A stretch of 64,000 nt of DNA from Blastocladiella emersonii ATCC 22665 (Eukaryota; Fungi; Blastocladiomycota): positions 434,001-498,000 of the forward strand of contig JANHCV010000005.1 in the NCBI GenBank assembly GCA_025594325.1, given 5' to 3'. The position numbers were made by a program, and so were the translations under genes. The notes under the pieces are model-generated. The model was not told the origin of the DNA. It worked only from the letters and a program-made list of their open reading frames with translations, and searched no databases. This document shows positions 43,766-55,608 of this stretch, piece by piece. The stretch's first letter is position 1; each line of letters begins with the position of its first letter.

Positions 43766-45526
43766 TGAATCTAATAGAATCCACGCCGCGCGTGCGGCTC
43801 GATATTTCCTCGGTCGTCGAGGCAATCCTGGTCCGCGCCGTTCGCAGGCACTACGACTACGACGACCTTGCTGGTCTCGCGCAATTCTCTCGCGTGATGC
43901 CTGAGCGCGATATCGGCGCGGTGCACCGCCTCATCTTCATGATTTCACCGAGCCTCTCAGTCGACCAAGCCGTGCGCACTGGGCGCGTGCGTGTCCTCGA
44001 GAGGCGGCGCCAGCTGGGCCTGCCGCTGAATGTCTCGGACAAGGCAATTTCGGATGCTGTTCAAAACCACCTGCTTGCACCCTTGGAGTGGTACCGCGTT
44101 GCAGGAGTCCCAGTCCAATCGGATCCGTGGCACACCGAGGCACGCTTGGCGCTCGGACTTGGCGAGCGCGCTTCCAGTCGCGGGACCGAGAAGGTTCGTC
44201 GATCTTTTACGGCACGCCTCCGCATGTGAAGCGCGAACTGACGCGTACCCACCAAAGGATTCGAGCGGGACGCTTCCCGTTCCAAATGCGGCGATCTGTG
44301 CGAACGCGGCCGACCTGACCAGCGGCGAGCTCACCTCGCTCACTCTTAACGATGAGATAATCACCATGGACGGGGTGAATGAGCTCAACAAAGCGTTCGC
44401 TAGCCCGCAGTGCAGGCTCGCGACGTTCGAGATTACTTACTGCACGTACGATCTCGTCCGGCTGCTCGCAATCCGGTTCCCTTCATCGCTCTCGGAAATC
44501 AAGCTTAACGGCTACTGGTTCCAAAAGTCGCTGCCTCGTCACGCATTCGACGAGTGGCGGTGGCCGCGGCGACTCAAGTCGCTTTCAATCTCGGACAGCA
44601 TGGCGTCCCCGTACACGATGGCCGCTTTGCTCGAACATCTTCCCATGTCGCTCACGTCTCTCGACCTCTACGGGTGCAAGATCGGCGACGCTGGCCTGAC
44701 TCTCATTGTCCAAGCGCTCCCGCCGCACTTGACCTCGCTCAACATCGGCTTCACGGGAATGACTGGTGGCGGCTTTGAAGCCGTGTCTTCGTTTCTACCC
44801 CTCGGGCTTCGATCGTTGAATATCAGCGCCAACGAGCTCGGCGACGCGCCGGGCGTCCTCGAGCTCAACTGGAAGCTACCCACGTCGTTGACCGAGCTCA
44901 ACTTTGACTACTCGATTGAGACTCCGCGGGCGATGCGCGCGCTGATCCGCGCTCTCCAGGGTAACTGCTCGAATCTTCGCTCTCTCTACGTCTCCTACTA
45001 CCACTACGAGTCCAGCCAGCACAAGCTCGCCAGCATTCTCCCGCCTGAGTTGAACAAGCTCCACTTGTGTCGGAGCATGATTGGTCCGGCCGAGCTCGAC
45101 CACTACCTTTCGCGTTGCACGTCCTTGGAGTCGCTCAATCTGTACCGGAACCCTTGCCTCGGGTATGCCGGAATGTGTGCGCTTGCAACGCGGATGCCGC
45201 CGCGCCTCGTCGAGCTCGACCTCTCGCGCTTGGATCTCACAGACGAAATGCTGGTCGACGTGATCCCCGCGCTGCCCGCGACGCTTCGCGAGTTCTCGCT
45301 GAGCGAGAACGGTGTCACCGATGCGACGGCCTTCCTCCTTGCAAAACACCTCCCGCGCAGCCTCGCCAAGTTCGATATGGTCGACACGTGGATCCTTGGT
45401 CCGGGGTACGAGGCGCTGCACCGCGCGGGGTCACGCAAGTCGCGCGGCGTGCAGCTCGTCATTCGTGAGGCTGACGAGTTTGACGAGTCGGACGACGACG
45501 AGGAGGGATGGGAGGACGAAGAGTAG
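43766..45526 (+). CDS. RNI-like LRR protein, paralog 3 (one intron)
   Basis: VVEAILVRAVRRHYDYDDLAGLAQF N-terminus, intron about 44196-44258, LRRs, acidic tail DESDDDEEGWEDEE. Confidence 0.8.
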
Positions 45527-45945
45527 CAGTGTTAGGTTTTGTTCCGAGCATAACATCATTTTTACCCCCACGGTATACACGTGTTCGTGAGATGACAAAG
45601 TAAATGGGGGCCATCGATGACGCGACGCACATGCGCACGCGTTGCGCCACATCGAGGATTTCGAGTCGGATGTCGGGGATGGAACGGACGGTGGCGACGA
45701 GGGCTGGGATGATGATGAGTAATCGTCTAGTTTTTTTATCGCGAGTACAAACCGTTTCTGCTTTAGCGTCTACCTTCGAGAGAGGCGGACGAGCGAAGGC
45801 CAGCAACGACGCGGCCAGACCCCCCGACGCGGCGCACATGTGCACGTGCCGTCGGATTTAAGAGCAACACGGCCAACAGGTGTGTGACCGCAGCTCTCGT
45901 TCTCGGCCCGACCAGGCCGACCCATGAATTCGCACTCCGTGCAAC

Positions 45946-46740
45946 TTGATGCAAACTAAACCAGGAATCCAGTGGAGACGGTCCCGTGCTTGGGCATCCC
46001 ACGATCACCGAGGCCGCCCTGCTTGTGCCGTCTGCGCGCGACCGGACCCGGACGACGTCCACGGTTTCGTGCAGTTTACTCGCATCATGGCGCGAGGACG
46101 ACATCATGGTCGTGCGCCGTAGCGTCCTCTCACGGCACCTAACTTGTCGGCCGACTGCGACATGGTAAACGGTGCGAGCGGAGTACGGGTGGGGCCCGTG
46201 CCAAACGCGACCATCGACTCGATCGCTGCGGCCATGGCTTACCGCCAGATGCAGCTGCTTGTGCTTAAAAACCACATCATTATCGTGGACAGAATCCAGG
46301 TGTTCGGCGACGCGTTCGCCAGCCCCGCGTGCAAGCTTACGACATTCGGAATCGCAGCTTGCGCCTCCGATCCCACTCGGCTGCTCGCTTTCTGGTTCTC
46401 TCGGATGACACACGAATCACGCCCAACGGAGACTGTTTCGAAAGATGATGTTCCGCCCAACGCGTTCGACGGACATCGTTGCGCGATGCTGGTCAAGATG
46501 CTCCTCGCGACGCTGCGAGGGCAGACAAGCGGCGCCTGCGCGAAACGTGGTCATCGACGCAACGGCGATTCGTTCCTCGCGGAGAACTTGCCACGCAATC
46601 TCGTCAAGCTCGGTCTCAGTCAGCCGTGGGTCAGCGAGCCGGACGCGGAGATGTTGCGCTGCGCGGCGGGACATCGGCCGTCTAACGGCGGGCTAGTCGT
46701 CGAAGACCTTGACGAGCACGCCAAGGACGACGAAAAGTAG
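45946..46740 (+). pseudogene. Degenerate, internally deleted LRR paralog 4
   Basis: Frameshifted pieces ITEAALLV / PDDVHGFVQFTRIM / PVPNATI / FASPACKL / FLAENLPRNLVKL match the start and end of paralogs 1-3. Confidence 0.7.
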
Positions 46741-46979
46741 GTGGGCGAGTGAGCTACCAGCTTGGATAGAAATGCTCACCGCTGTTCGCCCGAGGCCCAA
46801 ACAGCCCGCTCAGCAGACGCGTCGCGTCGCGCTACTCCCATGTTCGCCCTTGCGGTCATTGATCACGACAGCGCGTCAGCGCCAGCTCGAGTCTCTCGTC
46901 GCGACCGAAAAGGGTGTGAACAGATACAACGGCTGACATGGTATTCAAAACAACTACCCCCCTCTCTCTCGCCTTCTCT

Positions 46980-49900
46980 TTACAGCGAGAACAGGAACCG
47001 GAAATCGTCCTCGGACAGCCGCGCGAGCGCGTTCGTGTCCTTGCCGACGGTGCTGTCGATGAGGGCCTTCTTCTTGCGCTGCAGCTCGAGGATTCGCTAC
47101 GATGCGTCAGGCGCGCGTGAGTCCAGCTGTTGCGCCACGTCAGCAGAGCGAAACATGACGTACGTCCTCGATACTGTCCTCGATGATGATGTGCGTGATG
47201 CGGATCGGGCGGTACTGGCCGAGTCGGTGGATCCGGTCCTACACGGCCGCGTCGCGTCAGCTTTCGCTCCTCAGCCCAAACCCACCGCCGCGCGCCCGCG
47301 ATACGTACGACGGCCTGGTCGCTGACGGACCCGTTCCACCACGGGTCCATGAGGAATACTTGGCTGGCCTCGGTGAGGTTGAGGGCGACGCCGCCGGCCT
47401 TGAGCGAGACGAGGAACACGGTGACGTGGGTGTCGGTCATGAAGGCGCGGATCACCGCGTCGCGCTGCTCGACCGTCATGCGCCCGTCGAGCTTGACGCA
47501 CTTGAACCCGGCGCGCCGCAGCCGCCAGTGGATCAGGTCGAGGAACGACACGAACTGCGAGAAGACGATCGATTTAATCGTGTGGTCTACGCGCGCCGCG
47601 GACGAGAAGAGTCAGTCAGCTTCGCGATGCGAGGGTGTGAGAGAGGTGAGCGAGCGGAACGGACCCTGGCGGCGCAGGTTGGTCAGCTCCTCGACGAGCG
47701 CCTCGATCTTGGTCGAGCTGCGCCAGTTGGCCATGTCGAGCTTGCCGACGATCGAGTTGGCCGCGGCGCGGGACGTGCGGGCCTTGGCCGTGACCTCGGC
47801 GGCCTCGGCGTCGAGGTCGATGACGAGCTTCGAGAAACACGTCGGGCACTGGAGGCCGGCGTCGGCGCCGACGTACCCGTCGACGTACTGGCGGATATCC
47901 TCGCGGCAGAAGGTGTGGTTGCACTTTGACGTGACGGGGTCCTCGGCCTCCTCGTGGCACAGGCCGCACACGGCGGCGGCGGCGGACGCGGGGGTGAGCA
48001 GCTCGCCGTTGGGGCCGCGCAGCTTGGACGTGACCATGCACGGGTGGTTGGCGGCCTGGCGCATGCGCGTGAGCAGCTCGAAGATGTTGGCGTAGTTGTT
48101 GAGCACGGTGCCGGCAGCGACGTAGGTCGCAAACTGCCGCTGCGTGTCCGAGTACAGCGACGCGTAGAAGTCGCGCTCCTCCTCGTTGAAGTAGTCGCGG
48201 CGGACGTGCACGTGGCGCGGCGGCAGGCCGAGGTCGTCGGCGCGCTCGAGCTTGGTGCGCCGCAGCATCATCATGTCGAGCAGCTTCTTGAACTTGTCAA
48301 AGGCCGCGAGCCCCGCCTCCTGCGCGCCGTAGTTCTGGATCGGCTTGAGGATCTCGGCGTTCCAGAAACAGAAGTGTTGCTACACGAGCGCGGGGTCGAG
48401 CGGTCGTGAGCCGCTGTTGCTCGCGAGCGCGTGCGGACCGCGACGTACCTGCGGCGTGTGGCCGCACTCCTTGCAGATGCGGCCGCCCTGGAAGCGCCAG
48501 GTGAGCGACTTGCACGGGCACTCGCGGCAGTAGTAGTGGGCGAACGGGTCGAGCTACACGCATTCGTCGCGACGTGGTTAGCAAGCCGCACGTGAAATTC
48601 CGATCAGGACCAGCGAACGTACGCCAAGGAAGCGGATGACCGAGTACATTTCGCCAACGCGGTTCTGAATGGGCGTGCCGGAGAGGGCCCACTTGAGGTT
48701 GGACTTGAGGGCGAAGGACGCGCGGGCCGTGTTGGTGGAGCGCTCCTTGATCGAGTGCGACTCGTCGAGGATGATGCGCTCCCAGTGGATCGAGTGGAGG
48801 GCCGAGGGCTCCTTGTACGTGTACTTTTGGCCGTCCTTGGTGCGCTTGTGGCCGTACTCCTGCTTGCGGAAGGCCGACTCGAGCAGGGCGTAGGAGGTGA
48901 TGATGATGTCGTACTTGCGCAGCTCGGCCTCCTCGTTGACGCGCTTCTGGCCGTGGAACAGCAGGACCGAGAACTTGGCCTCGTCCTTGACGTGCGCGGC
49001 AATCTCCTGCTCCCACTGCTTGACGGCGACGGTCGGCGCGATGATGAGGGTCGGCGTCTTGCGGTTGGTGAGCATCAGCGAGATCTGGAGCAGTCGGGGG
49101 CGGAGGGAGTGAGTTCAGAATCGTCGGACACGAGAAAGTGAAGCGTACCATGGAGATGGTCTTGCCCATGCCCATTTCGTCGGCGAGCAGGCCGCCGCCG
49201 TACTCGGTCTCCTGGCGGGTGAGCCAGCCGAGGCCCTCGAGCTGGTAGGGCAGCAGCTTGAGCTTGAGGTCGGCGGGCTGGTCCATGACGGGCGGCGGGT
49301 CGAGGACGCGGATGTCCTCCCACGCGGTGGCGAGCTCGGGGTGGTTGGCGATGGTCTTGCGCTCGGCCTTGTACGCCTGTTATTCGAAGAGGAGAGGAGT
49401 GAGTCGAGCGGATCATGGATGCGATCACACGAGGGGGAGAAGACGTACGCGCTTCTCGGCGGCCGTGAGGCCCACGAGATCCGGGTTCTGGGCGTCGGCG
49501 AGGCGCTCGGCCTTGTAGTCGGCGTACGTCTTCTTGGTGCGCACGGGGATATCAGGCTCGCCCGCGTCGCCGGGGACCATGGTCGCGGGCGTGGTCGAGG
49601 ACGAGGCCGCGCGAGACGGCGAAGCGGACCGGGACGCCGACGCGGCGGGCTTCTTGCGATTGGCGACGGTCTTGGCGACGGGCTCGTCCTCGGAGTCGTG
49701 GTGGGCGGGATCGAAGGCGTCCGAGTCCGAATCAGACGCCTCATCAGCCGCGTCGGACAGGAACTCGCCGTCGGAGTCGGACACGATGACGGCGGTCTGG
49801 GTCTCGGTCTTGCGGGCGCGTTTCGCCGGCGGTGGCGGGGCAGGGACCGGTGCGCGGGCCGCGCGCTTCGCGGGAGCGGCGGCGACGGCGGTCTTGGGCG

Positions 49901-50429
49901 CAGCAGCGGTAGCGGTCCGACGCGCGGGCTGGCGCTTCGGCGGCGGCGGCGGCGCGATCAGCTCGTCCTCCTCGTCGGAAGCGCCCGAGTCCGAGTCTGC
50001 ATCGTCGACGACGGGCGCAGGAGCAGCAGCAGCGGCAATCGACGCGAGCCCGGGCGTGCGCGCGCGGCTGCGCGTGACGCGGCCTGCCGGGGCGGCCGCC
50101 GACTCGGCGATCGCGCCGGCGAGGCCCGACGCCTGCTTCTTGGCGGCAGCGGCGGACGCAGCGAGGCGCGCGAGGCGCGGGGGCAGGCGCGGCGGGGCTG
50201 ACGCGAGAAAGTCGCTGTCGTCGCTGCTCGAGCTGAGGTCGTCGTCCTCGCCGTCGTTGGCGGCACGCACGGCCGGGGAGGCGGGCGCGGTGGAGGTGCC
50301 CTCGATGTCGACGGCCATGGACTCGTCGCTGTCGCTCGACGACGACGAGTCGCTCACGTCGACGACGACGGGCTTGGCCGCGGCGGCGGCGGCAGCGGCG
50401 CGGGTGCTGCGGCGGAGCGGCGGGGCCAT
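46980..50429 (-). CDS. RAD16: SNF2-family ATPase with RING finger, global-genome NER factor (multi-exon)
   Basis: [47 protein letters not shown]...CNHTFC...[30 protein letters not shown]...MDPWWN, ends DDFRFLFSL*. Confidence 0.9.
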
Positions 50430-50720
50430 GGCGGTGGATCGGGCGGGCGGATCGTTCGTTCGAGCGCGTCGTTCAGAGATGCATGGAGAGCGGGCGGGTG
50501 GCCGGAGGGAGGCGAGAGGGGGAGGCGAGACTCCGAGCGAGTCACTGCGGACTGGACTCGATCGCGGCGCGGCATCGCGTTTTTCGCGGCTGCATCCGCC
50601 CACGTGTGCGCCGCGTTTCGGTTCTGCCTCGAGGCGGGCTCGCCGCGCTCTTCACTCTCCCCAAAGCGGACCCCGCTCCATGGAACGCTGCCAGACAACT
50701 CGCTGCAACGCACTCGCACC

Positions 50721-51455
50721 ATGTCGGGCACCAACCCCGCCATGCCGCCCCCCGCGACGGGCGCCGCCGCCGACGACAAGCCGCGCGACGCACGCCTGAT
50801 CGAGCTGCTGCTCACGTCGGCCGGCATCCAGGACTGCGACGAGCAGGTCGTCCCGATGCTCCTCGAGTTCGCGCATCGCTACGTCTCGGACGTGCTCTCC
50901 GAGGCCATGCTGTTCGCCGAGCACGCCCACCGCGCCGACCTGTCCGTCGACGACGTCAAGCTCGCCGTCCAGAGCAAGGTCAACCACGCCTTCACCGCGC
51001 CCCCGCCAAAGGACTTTCTGCTCGAGCTCAGCCGCGAGAAGAACGCCATGCCGCTCCCGCTCATCCCCGAGCGCCCCGGCATCCGCCTCCCGCCCAAGCA
51101 GTACACGCTCACCGCCGTCAACTACACCATCCTGCCCAAGCCAGGCCGCCTCGAGGGCGAGATCGCTGCCCCCGCGCCCGCACCCGCGGCGGAGCCCGCA
51201 CGCCCCGCTCCCGGCGTCGCACACGCGTCGGCCGCCAACACCCCCGCCGGCTCGCGCGCCACCTCGCCGACGCTGTCCGCCCGGTCCGCTCCGCCCGTTC
51301 CCGCGACGGACGCGAGACAACCCGATACCACCTCGGCCGCCGGCGCACCACCCTCTGCTACCTCCTCGGCGCTCGGCGCTCCACCCGCACCTGTGACTGG
51401 GAACGGCGGCGACGAGACGGACGAGGAGATGGACGTCGACGCACCCCGGACATGA
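50721..51455 (+). CDS. TAF9: TFIID/SAGA subunit 9 (histone fold)
   Basis: PRDARLIELLL...VVPMLLEFAHRYVSDVL..A...AEHA...DDVKLAV...PPPKDFLLELSREKN..PLP...GIRLPP. Confidence 0.92.
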   Translation: MSGTNPAMPPPATGAAADDKPRDARLIELLLTSAGIQDCDEQVVPMLLEFAHRYVSDVLSEAMLFAEHAHRADLSVDDVKLAVQSKVNHAFTAPPPKDFLLELSREKNAMPLPLIPERPGIRLPPKQYTLTAVNYTILPKPGRLEGEIAAPAPAPAAEPARPAPGVAHASAANTPAGSRATSPTLSARSAPPVPATDARQPDTTSAAGAPPSATSSALGAPPAPVTGNGGDETDEEMDVDAPRT

Positions 51456-51786
51456 TCGATTGAATACACGCTGTAAACCTTGATTGGCGTGCTGAATCTG
51501 TCCCTGCGGGGTGCTTCGCGCGCGAACAAAGCAGTGTTGGCCGCTTCGCACGCCGGCTATGCAGTCTCGACTGAGGTGGCGTCGCATGGCTCCTTGATGC
51601 TCTGCTGATTCTCAAGTGGGAATGACGCGTCCTTGAAAGCGTGCTTGGGTCAGCAACCGGCCGACGCGCTCGCTGGTCGACGCGCCGTGGCAAGAGGCAA
51701 CGCGTCGGTCGTCCCTCCCTCGTCGACGCGACGCGCCACTTGACGAAAACTCACCATGTAACTTCAATACAGCACTCGAGATACCG

Positions 51787-54700
51787 TTGAGCGCTGGGCG
51801 ACCCGAACGACGCGTCGTCGTGGCGCACCGGCGGCTGCTGCCCACCGACGTCGCCCCTGCTCGCCCTCCGCGTACCCTACGCCGCCGTACGGACTGCAGT
51901 CCGTGCCGGGCCATGACAAGGCTCGCGTCGCGGATCGGCGATGCTGCGCCGGCCGTTGTCAAGGCTGCTGTTTTCGCAGTCGCTCAGACGTCGGTCCTCT
52001 GCCTCAACAAGAGGTGTGTTTCTCACTCCGCTGCCGCTCGGTTCGCTCCCGCTGCTGACTTCTCTGAACTCGGCGCGTAGCATTGCGGAGCCGTCATTCG
52101 CGCAAACATGGCAGTCGATGCAGATCTGCAAGATGCTCGCGCCGCTGCTCGACCAGCCCACCGTCAAAAAGGGCGTCAAGTTCGCCATCCTCAAGCTGCA
52201 CCAGGTCCTCGCTATGCTGCTCTCGCTCGCACCGCCCTACACGCCCACCTCGGTCCCTGTCTCGCTTGCGCGGGTGCCACCCGCCCGCCCGCGCAACAGA
52301 TCGGTCCCGAGCGCAACCGCGACCATCAACCTCCTCGTCCAGCTCGCCCGCGAGCGCCCGCAGTTCACCTCCGCCATCGCCAACGGCCTGCTCGCCGTCC
52401 TGCCGTCCGCGCAGGGCCGCGCCGATACCCTCGACCGCGCCTCGATTCTGCGCACCCTCAAGACGGCGCTGCTCGGTCTGACCAAGACCTCGGCCGCCAA
52501 CCTCGACCACGAGACCGCCGCGCGCGTCGCCGCTGCGTCCGAGGTCCTCGGCGCCAAGTGGCACGAGCTCGCCCATGTCGCCTCTGCCGCCTCGGCGACG
52601 ACTGCGCCCGCGGCGCCCGCACCGGCTCCTGCCGTGGTGGCTCCTCCAACTGCCACGGACCCGGCGGCTGCCCAGGCCGCGCTCGAGAAGCGGCTCGCCA
52701 TCGCCAACGCGATCCGCCAGACCATCGACCTCATGGCGCTCCCGCACCCGATCGTCGTCGAGATGATCGTCCAGTCGCTCCACAGCATCCCGCAGGACCA
52801 GATCGACTTTGCGATTGCCCGGTACCGCGAGCAGGTCCTCGCCGAGCCTGACACGCCGCCACCCGCTGCCGCCGCTACGGCTACCGCACTGCCGAACGGT
52901 GTCACGGGAGCCGACGAGGAGGACGAAGTGGTCGTGGACGGCGACGCCGATGCCGCGCTGAACCAGGCGCGCGGCGTGCTTCCTGCGTCAGGTGCGCGGT
53001 CCGGTTCCGCATCCGCCAACGCACCCGAGGCCGACTACTGGGACCTTCTCCTGCGCGTGCTCGAGGCCGACGCGCGGCTCGCCGACGACGGCGACATGGC
53101 ACAGGGCCCCGGCCGTAAGCCCCTACGCACCAACCGCGGCCGCGGCCTGTGGACCCGCGTCATGGCCGGGCTCATGCACCTCCTCGACCACACGGACGGC
53201 GACCGCAGCCGCCAGCTCCGCAACCGCCTCTCCGACTGGGCGTGCGCCGACTTCGTCCGCCGCGCCGAGCCGCTGCTCGCGTGGATCCTGCGCGACTGGC
53301 GCTGCGATCGCGCCGCCGCGGCCAAGTGGTACATTGCGATCCTCGACCGCGTGCTCGGCGGGACGTCCGCGCTCGACGACGGCAAGGACCTGACGCTCGT
53401 CCGGTTCGTCGCGGATATGCCGCCGTTCCCCACGTCGCTCCTCCGCGAACCCGCGAAAGACGGTAGCGATTTGGCCATGGACCAGGACGAGCCCGATCCC
53501 GTCGTCTCGCGGCTGCGCGCAGTGTGCGTCGCCGAAACGTCCGGTCCCGCGTTCCTCGCCGCGGTACGCACGCTCAAGGAGCTCGTCGGCATTGTGCCCG
53601 CTCGCCGCGAGCAGGCGTTCGTCGCGCTGCAGGCCGTCACGACGCACCGCACCAAGGCGAACCGCGCGCCCGCCATTATCGCGCTCAAGCGGTACTACCC
53701 GGCACACAAGACGCTCGGCCACCGCGTCCGCGCGCACGCCGTCGAGTCGATGCGCAAGCTCGCGAGCATGGCGCTCCCGACGCCCGCTGCCGTTCCGCCC
53801 ATGTCGGCCCCCGGTGTCGCCGCCGCCGCGGCAGCAGCAGCAGCGGCGGCGGCCGCAGCGCCCGTCGACCAGGACGAGCCCGAGCAGGGCGCCGTGGCGT
53901 CGGGCCCGCCGCCGTCGGCCGCCCAGGTCGAGCTCGAGTCGGTGGTCCTCGGGCAGTGCGAGCAGCTGTTTGCGCTGTGCGCGCGCGACCCAGCGCTCCT
54001 CGGCGAGGTCCTCAACACGTACGCCGAGCTCGCGGCGTCGCCCACGGTCCAGGTCATTGTCCGCACGCACATCGCGCCGCTCGTCCGCGCCATGGCCACG
54101 CAGCAGCACCAGAAGGTCCCCGGCACGCCGCCGCCCGGCCTGCTCGAGGTCCTCAAATCGTTCCCGCCCAGCGCCGAGACGCTCACGCTGCGGATCCTCG
54201 TGGTCCTCACGCAGTGCATCTACCCGCCGCCCGTGCTGGTGAATGCGGTCCGCGAGCTGCACGACGTGCGTAAGCTCGACGGGCGATTCCTGTTGCCGGT
54301 GCTCGGGCAGCTGGATCGGGTACGAATGTTTTCGCTGTTGCTACGCGAGTTCGCGAGACTGACGCACGAATCGCTCGCGTGCAGACGTACGTCATGGCGC
54401 ACCTCGGCGAGCTCATTGACCTACTCGACGGGTCCGATCAGAACAAGAAGGTGTTCAAGGAGGCGGTGCACCGCATCAGCGGCGGCGAGAAGCCCATGAT
54501 CCGCCCACGCGAGTTCTTTGTCGCGCTGCACCGCGACGAGTTTGCGGGTGATACCGTCCGCAAGACGATTGAGGGTTCGTGCTTTCCTGACCCGCCAACC
54601 AACTCGACACGAACTGACTCTCCGAACAACGATGTAGCGATCCACGTCTGCCTCGAGCACGCAACGCTCCTGACGCCGTCGATCGTCGGCGAGGCGCTCA

Positions 54701-55188
54701 TCGCCATGGCAGACCAGCCGACGTGGCCCAAGCTGCTGTTCCGCACCGTTCTCGACGTTTACGCGGCGCACAAGGCCGCGCTGCTGACGCCCGCCAAGCA
54801 CGTCATCCACCGCGTCGCCCTGCGCGGCGTGTGGGGCCACCCGCTGTGGGCCGGCTGGGTCCGCGCGTTCCAGGCCACGCTGCCGAGCTCCATGGCCATC
54901 GCCCTGACACTCAGCCCCGACGCCCTCAACAACGTGCTCGACCGCATCGCGCCCTCGCCCTGTTGGACGTGCTCATGGTGCGTCCGACTCGAGCCTCGAG
55001 GCGGCCCGCCACGTCGATTGAGGCGACGCCCGCGCCAGGCGCTCTCGCGCCAACGCCTGGGTCTGGATCGGGTCTCCCACCCAAGCTGTTGGCCGCCGGG
55101 CGGTGAAACGGCGGGAACGGGTCGCTGGGTAGCGCGACGCCCGTCCTTGCTTCGGGTGGAGTGGAACGATGAGGAAGATAGGGAATAA
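51787..55188 (+). CDS. Symplekin/Pta1-like 3'-end processing scaffold (multi-exon; both boundaries approximate)
   Basis: N-terminal D..PAVVKAAV HEAT-like segment; C-terminal PREFFVALH, LLFRTVL and VW...LWAGW motifs of the symplekin C domain. Confidence 0.7.
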
Positions 55189-55608
55189 AGTTGTTCCTCG
55201 TAAACGTGTTTGGCTCACGACTGCATGCGAAATTTGTCTCTCGCTTGGTCACGTGCAAATCAGATGATATCGCGACGCGTGCGGTTGAACGCGAGACGTT
55301 TCTTCAGCGTGCAATTGTCGCGAAATTTCTTGTGACGCGAGTGTTAATACAGCTTTTTCTATGCCGTACAAAACCCGGGACGAGTTGCGCGACAAGCCGG
55401 TGCGCGGAGCAATTGTCGCGACACTTGCCAACGCAAACAAAAGTACGAGCGAGATGGGAGACAAGCCAAGCTTTTACGCAATAAATGAGTTCACATTGAT
55501 CCTTTACCCAGGCAGGAAAAAACATGAGGGGAATGTCCAAAACACGCGGAACTTGGAGAGTCTAATATTCGTGCGAGGATCGAGAAGAAGTCGTAGTCGA
55601 CGACGGGC

